A stretch of DNA of 32,000 nt from Sinorhizobium meliloti. Lineage in GTDB: Bacteria > Pseudomonadota > Alphaproteobacteria > Rhizobiales > Rhizobiaceae. Positions 25,201-31,902 of this stretch are shown here, piece after piece. Made by a program: the position numbers and the translations under genes. Within the stretch, counting starts at the first letter, position 1; each line of letters opens with the position of its first letter. The notes below the pieces were generated by a model. The model did not search any database, had not been told where the DNA came from, and saw only the letters and a list, made by a program, of their open reading frames with translations. The stretch lies in the NCBI RefSeq assembly GCF_017876815.1, contig NZ_JAGIOS010000003.1, positions 840,001 through 872,000 on the forward strand, read 5' to 3'.

Positions 25201-26313
25201 GGTACATTCTATTTCCAAGTGCGACATTCCAATAAAAACAAAGGCTTCGCCTTGGAGATTTTTGGATGTCGCTTTGCTATTCGCAACTCACCCTTTCCGA
25301 TCGACGACGTTTGCATCAGCTCGTGGAACGCAAAGTTCCTGTCGGTGAGATCGCCCGCCAACTCGGTCGGCATCGATCGACGATCTATCGTGAACTGAAG
25401 CGCAATACCTTTCATGATGCCGAGTTTCCGGAATACAGCGGCTATTACAGCGGTATCGCCAACGACATCTCGAAGGAGCGTCGGCGACGGCTGCGCAAGC
25501 TCAGCCGCCACCCGCAATTGCGCGAACTGGTCATCGAGCAGCTGAAGGCACTTTGGTCGCCGGAGCAGATCGCCGGCCGTCTGCTTGCCGATGGTGTGAG
25601 CGCCGTCCGCGTCTGCACCGAGACGATCTATCGCTTCATCTATAGCAAGGAAGATTATGCGCTGGAGCTCTATCAGCATCTGCCGGAAGGCCGTCGTAAG
25701 CGCCGCCCACGCCGCTCCCGCAAACCCGTGACGGCTCGATCCCGTTGGACTGCAGGATCAGCCAACGCCCTGATTTCATTGCCGATCGCTCTCAGTTCGG
25801 CCACTGGGAGGGTGATCTCCTGATCTTCCGGCGCGACCTTGGTGAAGCCAATGTCACCTCGCTGGTCGAGCGCAAGAGCCGCTACACGGTGATGATCAAG
25901 AATGGCAGCCGTCACTCTCGTCCGCTCATCGACAAGATCATCGATGCCTTCTCACCGCTACCCGCCTTTGCCCGGCAGAGCTTCACCTTCGACCGTGGTA
26001 CCGAGTTTCGCGGTTTCAAGGCTTTGGAAGATGGACTCGGCGCCAGGAGCTGGTTTTGCGATCCGAATTCACCGTGGCAGAAAGGCGCGGTCGAGAACAC
26101 CAACAAGCGCATCCGTCGCTTTGTGCCGAGCGATACGGACCTGTCCGCCGTCAACCAGCCGCAACTGGTCGCCCTCGCCCACCATCTCAATTCACTGCCC
26201 AGGAAATGCCTTGGTTACCGCACGCCCGCCGAGGTCTTCATGGCCCATTTGCGCGATTGCGGGTAATCCCCTACCCTCCACCCGTCATTGTTGCACTTGG
26301 ATTAGATTCTCCA
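25201..26313 (+). mobile_element. IS30-family insertion sequence (~1.1 kb) with 3-bp target duplication
   Basis: The imperfect terminal inverted repeats are GGTACATTCTATTTCCAAGTGCGACA on the left and TGGAGAATCTAATCCAAGTGCAACA on the right (reverse complement). GTT is present on both flanks (25198..25200 and 26314..26316). Confidence 0.7.
25266..26266 (+). pseudogene. IS30-family DDE transposase, interrupted by a frameshift near 25725-25730
   Basis: The first frame runs MSLCYSQLTLSDRRRLHQLV...LPEGRRKRRPRRSRKP. A second frame, open from 25700, continues ...RDGSIPLDCRISQRPDFIADRSQFGHWEGDL...FDRGTEF...QKGAVENTN (the DDE residues). No slippery sequence is seen. Confidence 0.75.
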
Positions 26314-26357
26314 GTTTCGTGATTCCAATGGGCCACGTCTCTGCCCCATAAGGAATT

Positions 26358-26870
26358 TTACGCCTCCGGGGCCTCCGGCTGAGGGCCGATCGCTTCGATC
26401 TCAGCGATTTTCTGAAACTCCCCAAGACATTCTGGGCGGTGATACGAAAGCCACCGAATGATGCGAGTGTTGGCGAGCAGCTTGGCAACGTATCCGCGTG
26501 CGACGGTAAGATGCAGATTGTCGATGCCGTAAGTTTCCTCGCGCTTTTCACTTGAGTCTGAAGTGCTGCCAGGTCCCTTTCCATCCGGGCAATCTGCTGG
26601 CCTGACGGCGTGGATGCAGCAGCGCCTGTCATCTTTTTGGCTGCGACCAACTGGCTGTCAGTCGTACGAATTCATCTGCCCGCATGCAGCGCTGCGGCCA
26701 CTTGAAACCTCGCCCTGCTCCTCCATCTTCTCGCGCAGTACTAGCTCCACGAACGTGGGAGGGCCAGGAGCAAGCCTGCTGCCCACAGATCGTCAACAGA
26801 GCATGTCGCCCTGCTGTTCGTCCGCATTGACCGGCAGTCTTGAACAGGTCGCGCCCTTCCTCTTCGTTTC
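26358..26870 (-). pseudogene. Frameshifted relic gene of unknown family
   Basis: The last ~60 codons read cleanly (EETYGIDNLHLTVARGYVAKLLANTRIIRWLSYHRPECLGEFQKIAEIEAIGPQPEAPEA, stop 26358..26360), but that frame has no start. Upstream protein-like text (QQIARMERDLAALQTQVK; PTFVELVLREKMEEQGE) sits in two other frames. The upstream limit is approximate. Confidence 0.4.
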
Positions 26871-26888
26871 CGATGAAGGGAGATGGAA

Positions 26889-28088
26889 ATGGCAAAGGTC
26901 GTTTGCGTGCTTTATGACGATCCGGTCGATGGCTACCCGACGGCTTACGCGCGGGATGGCCTGCCGACGCTGGAGCGCTACCCCGGCGGCCAGACGCTCC
27001 CCACCCCGAAGGCGATCGACTTTGAGCCAGGCGCCCTCCTGGGCAGCGTCTCCGGCGAACTGGGTTTGAGAAAATTTCTCGAAAGCCAAGGGCATACCCT
27101 GGTGGTGACATCGGACAAGGACGGTCCCGACAGCGTCTTCGAGCGAGAGCTCGTAGACGCCGAGATCGTCATCTCGCAACCTTTCTGGCCGGCTTACATC
27201 ACCGCCGAGAGGATCGTCAAGGCGGCCAGGCTGAAGCTTGCGATCACCGCCGGCATCGGCTCGGACCACGTCGACCTTCAGGCCGCGATCGACCGCGGCA
27301 TTACCGTCGCCGAGGTGACCTATTGCAATTCGATCAGCGTGTCCGAGCATGTGGTGATGATGATCCTCAGCCTCGCGCGCAACTATATCCCCTCCTACCA
27401 GTGGGTCGTAAAAGGTGGCTGGAACGTCGCCGACTGCGTTGCGCGTTCCTATGACATCGAGGGCATGGACATCGGCACGGTGGGCGCTGGGCGGATCGGC
27501 ACCGCGGTGCTGCGCCGGCTCAAACCGTTCGATGTCAAGCTGCACTACACCGACCGGCACCGGCTTCCGGACGAGGTCGAGAAGGAGCTCGGCGTTACTT
27601 TCCATCAGACGGCGGCGGAAATGGTGCCCGTTTGCGACGTCGTGACGATCAATGCGCCCCTCCACCCGGAGACGGAAAACCTCTTCAACGAGGCGATGAT
27701 CGGCAAGATGAAGCGCGGTGCCTATCTGGTGAACACCGCGCGCGGCAAGATCTGCAATCGCGATGCCATCGCACGGGCGCTCGAAAGCGGCCAACTCGCC
27801 GGCTATGCCGGTGACGTTTGGTTCCCGCAGCCGGCGCCCAAGGACCATCCGTGGCGCTCGATGCCCCATCACGGCATGACGCCGCATATTTCGGGTTCCT
27901 CGCTCTCCGCCCAGGCGCGCTATGCCGCGGGCACGCGAGAGATTCTCGAATGCTGGTTCGGGGGCAGGCCGATCCGCGAGGAATATCTGATCGTCTCCGG
28001 CGGCAAGCTCGCCGGCGCCGGCGCCCACTCCTACAGCGCCGGAGACGCGACTCGCGGATCCGAGGAAGCAGCACACTTCAAGACCTGA
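26889..28088 (+). CDS. fdh: NAD+-dependent formate dehydrogenase (D-2-hydroxyacid dehydrogenase superfamily)
   Basis: Near-colinear with Pseudomonas sp. 101 FDH as recalled (MAKVxCVLYDDPVDGYP, GQTLPTPKAIDF, GSVSGELGLRK, TSDKDGPDSVFERELVDA, AGIGSDHVDLQ, VAEVTYCNSISV, GTVGAGRIG, GDVWFPQPAPKDHPWR, GSEEAA). ATG 26889 lies 6 nt after GAAGGGAG. Confidence 0.95.
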   Translation: MAKVVCVLYDDPVDGYPTAYARDGLPTLERYPGGQTLPTPKAIDFEPGALLGSVSGELGLRKFLESQGHTLVVTSDKDGPDSVFERELVDAEIVISQPFWPAYITAERIVKAARLKLAITAGIGSDHVDLQAAIDRGITVAEVTYCNSISVSEHVVMMILSLARNYIPSYQWVVKGGWNVADCVARSYDIEGMDIGTVGAGRIGTAVLRRLKPFDVKLHYTDRHRLPDEVEKELGVTFHQTAAEMVPVCDVVTINAPLHPETENLFNEAMIGKMKRGAYLVNTARGKICNRDAIARALESGQLAGYAGDVWFPQPAPKDHPWRSMPHHGMTPHISGSSLSAQARYAAGTREILECWFGGRPIREEYLIVSGGKLAGAGAHSYSAGDATRGSEEAAHFKT

Positions 28089-28107
28089 ACGCGGGCGGGC
28101 TTTTCTG

Positions 28108-28134
28108 CGGCCGTGCGGGGCAGCCGCACGGCCG
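28108..28134 (+). terminator. Hairpin terminator candidate after fdh
   Basis: CGGCCGTGCGG ggcag CCGCACGGCCG forms an 11-bp perfect stem 20 nt after the stop. It is followed by GTTGATGTTTCTC, a weak U-tract. Confidence 0.5.
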
Positions 28135-28255
28135 GTTGATGTTTCTCCAGCGGCCGTCTTACAGTTCACCGGTGTGATCTCTGCGATCACCGTGTTCAGC
28201 AAGCCGTCAGAATCACTCGGCCTGCCACAAGCATCTGCCGTGGAGATTTGAATCT

Positions 28256-28307
28256 TGGGCGCCTTGAACGGGATCGAACCTTCGACCTCTTGATAATCGG
28301 CGTGCCT
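28256..28307 (-). other. tRNA-like 3' fragment (T-arm plus acceptor 3' strand), degenerate
   Basis: The minus strand reads ...AGGTCGAAGGTTCGATCCCGTTCAAGGCGCCCA. GGTTCGATCC is a canonical T-loop. The T-stem GAAGG/CC(G)TTC needs a 1-nt bulge. No matching 5' acceptor strand, D-arm or anticodon stem was found upstream. Confidence 0.3.
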
Positions 28308-28349
28308 AGGGAATTGCTGGGTCCCACGACGCGATGAATGAGGCTGCTT

Positions 28350-28640
28350 CTACCCGTCGTCGAGCTCGCTGGGCCACTTCTGGGCGCCGTGCAGGACACG
28401 CAGAATTCGAATTCTATCCTCCATTACCATGTAGGCTGCAATGTAGGTCCGAGGGATAACAAGCTCTCGAGTTGCGGCAATCCGGCCAGGGCGGCCGCTT
28501 TCCGGAAAATCAAGCAGACGACGTACCGCGCTGACGATCTCCTCGTCGACGTGGACCGCCGCCCTCGGATTCTCCCTTTCGATGTAACTGAAGATGGTGT
28601 CGCGATCGTCAAGCGCATATCGCGCCCAGACGAGCCTCAT
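28350..28640 (-). CDS. Type II toxin, RelE/ParE family
   Basis: 96 aa. MRLVWARYALDDRDTIFSYIERENPRAAVHVDEEI...GRPGRIAATRELVI...IAAYMVMEDRIRILRVLHGAQKWP fits the ParE/RelE pattern. ATGA overlap with the antitoxin stop. Confidence 0.8.
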   Translation of the reverse strand: MRLVWARYALDDRDTIFSYIERENPRAAVHVDEEIVSAVRRLLDFPESGRPGRIAATRELVIPRTYIAAYMVMEDRIRILRVLHGAQKWPSELDDG

Positions 28641-28945
28641 CGATCACCCGCCGCAGCCTTGCGCAAAGCTGCCGCCCGGCGCTCTCGAAAGTGCGCATCG
28701 GCGTCGGCATCGTCGACGTCGGGTCGGGTATCCTCGAGTGCCCGCAACACTTTGGCGCGGAACCAAGCGTCGTGCGCCTCGCTGTGGCTGAAGAGTTCCA
28801 GCGGCAGGGCGCCCTCATTCGCCGTCCGAGTTAACAGGATTCGAACAGCGTCCGAGACCGTCAGACCCATGTTCTCTAAAACCGCCGTGGCGCGCTCTTT
28901 GACCTCGGCATCGATTCGAGTCTGAACAAGTGCATTTGAAGCCAT
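28637..28945 (-). CDS. Type II antitoxin, RelB/DinJ family (ribbon-helix-helix)
   Basis: ATG 28945 lies 6 nt after AAGGAG. MASNALVQTRIDAEVKERATAVLENMGLTVSDAVRILLTRTANEGALPLE is a typical DinJ/RelB N-terminus. Confidence 0.8.
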   Translation of the reverse strand: MASNALVQTRIDAEVKERATAVLENMGLTVSDAVRILLTRTANEGALPLELFSHSEAHDAWFRAKVLRALEDTRPDVDDADADAHFRERRAAALRKAAAGDR

Positions 28946-29046
28946 ATGCAATCTCCTTCATCGCCAATGTAATGCACATGCACGACAAATTCTAGAGCCG
29001 CCGCAACTGTCTCATGGCCGAATCACCGACTCGGGCCGGCGACAAC

Positions 29047-29095
29047 GCCGTTCCTGTTGATACATTATGCGATCTGTTGAGCACGGAACGAGAAC
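29047..29095 (+). repeat. Junction repeat copy C
   Basis: GCCGTTCCTGTT GATACATTATGCGATC TGTTGAGCACGGAACGAGAAC, with the core at 29059..29074. The copy is bracketed by CGTTCC...GGAACG. Confidence 0.8.
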
Positions 29096-29330
29096 ACCCC
29101 TGGTGGTCAGCCTACTTTCATCCATCTGTCAGCACCCGGGTGGGCACGTCCTCAGTGGACAGGAAGCCGATTGGCCACGAAGCGGCGCAATACGTTGCTT
29201 GCAAATTGGGTGATAGATAACAACCGCATACATCCGCTCATCGCGAGCGGGGGCGCCGCTCGGCCTATGCGGGTAGATCGATGCCATGTGGGCGGCTGCC
29301 GCCTTGCGATCAGTTATTCGATCGCGTGAA

Positions 29331-29591
29331 TCAACGAAGCCCGGAAAATTTCCGCTGCTCCCGAATGTAAGCGATTGCAGCAGCTTCTAGGCTTCTGCAC
29401 TCCTCCTCGGATTTAATCAGGGTCTCGTCGTCTTTCTCGGCTGAGCATCGAAGAACGTCGCGCCGCAAACACGCATGCTCGTAGGCCTCGCAGAGCGTTA
29501 GAAACGCGCGGTTTTCCATCATCCACGCGCTACGACGCAGATCTGGGGCTGCCAAAAGCAGCCGCGCCATCCCTGCCTTCTTCACATCCAT
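29331..29591 (-). CDS. Hypothetical small protein (86 aa)
   Basis: ATG-initiated ORF with helical, charged text (AFLTLCEAYEHACLRRDVL...EEECRSLEAAAIAYIREQ). An EcfG-like promoter lies upstream. No family was recognised. Confidence 0.45.
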   Translation of the reverse strand: MDVKKAGMARLLLAAPDLRRSAWMMENRAFLTLCEAYEHACLRRDVLRCSAEKDDETLIKSEEECRSLEAAAIAYIREQRKFSGLR

Positions 29592-29634
29592 ATTGGACCG
29601 CTCGGCACCGGTTCAAGGGCAGCATCTGCCAAGA

Positions 29635-29660
29635 AACCCATGTCTCTGATGAAAAGTTCC
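29635..29660 (-). promoter_or_regulatory. EcfG-type (general stress sigma factor) promoter candidate
   Basis: The minus strand reads GGAAC (29660..29656), N17, then GGTT (29638..29635), against the consensus GGAAC-N16-17-CGTT. It lies about 45 nt upstream of the ATG at 29591. Confidence 0.4.
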
Positions 29661-29714
29661 TCAAACGCGATATTCGAAGAACGCCGAAACGGCAGGCTCA
29701 GTTTACGGGGAAAT

Positions 29715-29739
29715 CGAACCTAAGCGGCCGTCGCGAGTT
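29715..29739 (+). promoter_or_regulatory. Weaker EcfG-like promoter candidate for csbD
   Basis: CGAAC-N16-AGTT, with one mismatch in each box. It lies about 45 nt upstream of the csbD start. Confidence 0.25.
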
Positions 29740-29784
29740 TTATGGACATGGGTGTCTGATCAGGAATCACCCAGGAGGAAAAAG

Positions 29785-29991
29785 ATGGATTGGAATCGCG
29801 TTGAAGGAAACTGGAAACAGATAAAGGGCAAGATCAAAGAGCAGTGGGGCGAACTCACTGACGATGATCTTGATCAAATCGCAGGCAATCGCGACCAGCT
29901 CGAGGGCAAGATCCAAGAGCGCTATGGCATCGAGAAAGATCGAGCGCGCCGCGATCTGGACGACTGGTACAGCCGACAGAGATGGGACTGA
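29785..29991 (+). CDS. csbD: CsbD-family general stress protein
   Basis: AGGAGG lies 6 nt upstream of ATG 29785. MDWNRVEGNWKQIKGKIKEQWGELTDDDLDQIAGNRDQLEGKIQERYG is the classic CsbD repeat text. Confidence 0.9.
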   Translation: MDWNRVEGNWKQIKGKIKEQWGELTDDDLDQIAGNRDQLEGKIQERYGIEKDRARRDLDDWYSRQRWD

Positions 29992-30016
29992 ATAATCCCA
30001 ATCCTTCGGAAGTTCA

Positions 30017-30042
30017 GCCCCGCGCCAGCGGGGCCTTTTTAT
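30017..30042 (+). terminator. Rho-independent terminator of csbD
   Basis: GCCCCGC gcca GCGGGGC followed by CTTTTTATT. Confidence 0.8.
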
Positions 30043-30173
30043 TGTCCATAACCGACACTTCCTCCAGTTAAACTGTGACGGTCGCTTTGGGCCAGGTCCG
30101 GGACGAGGCTGGCCTGCAACAATTCAGTAGAGGATACGTTTCTTCACCAGGGGTGCACAAAAGGAGGATGGCG

Positions 30174-30269
30174 ATGCGTCCTGCCGAACGCGTCAAGATT
30201 ATAGAATGGATTTCATCCATAGCGGCTGTTGGATTGCTGGCATTGCTAGTAAATGCGGTGCTGGGTTGA
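30174..30269 (+). CDS. Candidate small membrane peptide (31 aa)
   Basis: A strong AAGGAGG (30161..30167) lies 6 nt before ATG 30174; another ATG directly abuts the SD at 30168. MRPAERVKIIEWISSIAAVGLLALLVNAVLG has one hydrophobic helix. Confidence 0.4.
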   Translation: MRPAERVKIIEWISSIAAVGLLALLVNAVLG

Positions 30270-30350
30270 TTGAAGCTTCGCTTTTCATTGCCGACCTGGC
30301 GCTCGCGAATGAGCTCCACGCGCAGGCACCGCGCTAGGTCGAGGCCCCCT

Positions 30351-30385
30351 AAAAAAAGACCGCCAACGAGGTTCCACGGGCGGTC
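30351..30385 (-). terminator. Orphan rho-independent terminator (minus strand)
   Basis: The minus strand reads GACCGCC-N14-GGCGGTC followed by TTTTTTT. No intact ORF ends near it. Confidence 0.6.
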
Positions 30386-31035
30386 ATCGCGGCCAGCTTT
30401 AAAGCTCTGATCCTGCGCGCTCCTTTGCCTCTCCAGTCGTAATCCATCTGGTCACCTTGGCGGTGAGATTGGCCGCCTCGGCGGCCTCCAGCCGCCTTCG
30501 TGTGAGCGCCAGCCCCAGGCGAGGCCAGCCGCCAGAAGCGCCCGACCTCTAACCGCCTCTCCTCGTACGAGACGGCTGAAAGAACTTACCGCCTAACCCC
30601 TGCTCAGGGCCATTAGCCCATCCGTCGTAATCCCGCCACTCAGGCACAATCAGGAGAAATCGATGGCGTACGGCCCCAAGCAGTCTCAGAGGTGTTTCGC
30701 CGACATGCACGAGCGTGAAGGGCACGCTGAAGTGCGATTCCGCAGCTTCCGCAAGATCGATAGTATGGTCTAGCGCATCACAGTCACCGAGCAGTCGTCG
30801 ACGAATACGGCGTTTCGATCAAGGACCGCGGACGCTTCTCAGACAACAGGTGATCTAAAAGTTACGCGGGAAATCTTCCGGCTCATAGAAGGCGGCACAT
30901 GCGGCGAAATTGTAAAGGCAGCGCCCGCGGCGAGGCAGGGCCTGCCTGCTCAGGTCGGCTCCAGCAGTTGGAGGGGACGTTTTAAGAAGCCGACATGAGT
31001 TCGCGCTGAGCATCGCAACTCGCTAGCGACCGCGC

Positions 31036-31311
31036 CTAACTCCTCAGTTTCCACATCGTTCCGAAGAATTCCGGTTCGGTCCACCACCTCGTGGGCGCGG
31101 GGCTGCCGTCGTCTGCGCCGGCTGGGTCTTCGTCATCGGGCAGCCAGCCCTGCCAGCCATTTCCCAGCGCATCCTGCGCCTGCTGCCCGTCGAGGCGGCT
31201 GGCCAACTGCTGGAGCAGCTGGCGCTCCGAAATGCCGCTCTCCGGCGCTAGGTACGCGGCTATGTCCCTCTGGTAATCCCGAATCAGCTTTCTCATCTTT
31301 TCTGAACTCAT
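31036..31311 (-). CDS. Hypothetical protein (91 aa)
   Basis: ATG 31311 follows AAGGGAG. MSSEKMRKLIRDYQRDIAAYLAPESGISERQLLQQLASRL... has an acidic, Trp-rich C-terminus. No family was recognised. Confidence 0.45.
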   Translation of the reverse strand: MSSEKMRKLIRDYQRDIAAYLAPESGISERQLLQQLASRLDGQQAQDALGNGWQGWLPDDEDPAGADDGSPAPTRWWTEPEFFGTMWKLRS

Positions 31312-31523
31312 TTCGGTGACCACTCCCTTTGAACAGCAAACCCCGCGGCTGTGGCGGGGCTTGTTCTGTCCGGGACAGCCCGTTCAGGACAGAACATGAT
31401 ACTCCGGGCTGTCGTACTTCAATGCACAACTTGCTGGAGTAACGTTGGTTCCGCACCTAACTCTTAAGGATTATCGACGTTTGACGCTTCGAAGAGGCCG
31501 GCGTCCGCTGCCCGACCGGCTCC

Positions 31524-31604
31524 TCAGACTACGAGCCAAGCCAGGACGAACAGCGCAATGATAACGAGGAGGATCATGATACCAGCGACGTTGAGCGAGT
31601 GCAT
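31524..31604 (-). CDS. Candidate 26-aa hydrophobic peptide
   Basis: MHSLNVAGIMILLVIIALFVLAWLVV, with GAGG 8 nt upstream of the ATG. It is too short for the ORF track, and the listed 62-aa ORF in another frame here looks spurious. Confidence 0.3.
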   Translation of the reverse strand: MHSLNVAGIMILLVIIALFVLAWLVV

Positions 31605-31902
31605 ACGGCCTGCCTCTGTCTTTGCAAGTGAACCTTGCAGGCGACGGTATGTTCCGCATGGAGACTTCAAAGGCCCTGCAAAGTCACCAAGGGCCGGCCA
31701 AAAATGCGAGTGCCCGGGTGCGGGTCGACACGGCCACTGCTAACAGGTTTGGGGACCTGATTGCCGATTGGCTCGGCATGATAGGAATCCGCTGGACGCC
31801 GAGGCTGCCTTCGCGTGACGCAGGAACATTCTCGCGGCAATCTGCCTGTAAACTTGGCGCGCCGGAGGCGGCGTGGTCGGCCTTCTAACGGGGCTCGAGC
31901 TA

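Noticed and set aside
25108-25398. ORFs that read through the junction repeat as (A/V)PVDTLCD (also 29014..29220)
   Set aside because: Conservation is at the nucleotide level, including synonymous positions. Copies A and D have stops a few codons away, the flanking peptide text is unrelated, and no SD is present.
25700-25760. Programmed -1/+1 ribosomal frameshift in the IS30 transposase
   Set aside because: To my knowledge IS30-family transposases are single-ORF proteins. No slippery heptamer or downstream structure is visible at the frame switch. A mutation or sequencing error is more likely.
26793-28202. 469-aa minus-strand ORF
   Set aside because: It is antisense to the formate dehydrogenase gene, whose identity is unambiguous. 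It has no recognisable domain.
28230-28330. A complete tRNA gene
   Set aside because: No 5' acceptor strand complementary to AAGGCGC was found. No D-arm consensus or paired anticodon stem was found either, and the T-stem needs a bulge. It was kept only as a fragment.
29047-29095. Interpreting the junction repeat as a complete 28-bp dif/XerCD site
   Set aside because: Only the XerC arm and the central region resemble dif. The 11 nt where the XerD arm (TTATGTTAAAT-like) should be are GTCGGGCACGG, GACTGGAAGAG and AACAGGAACGG. The repeat is therefore reported only as half-dif-like.
30663-30773. 36-aa plus-strand ORF with an AGGAG SD
   Set aside because: It is exactly antisense, codon for codon, to a longer open frame, and its text is unremarkable. 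It is mentioned under the ORF-poor-region finding rather than called as a feature.
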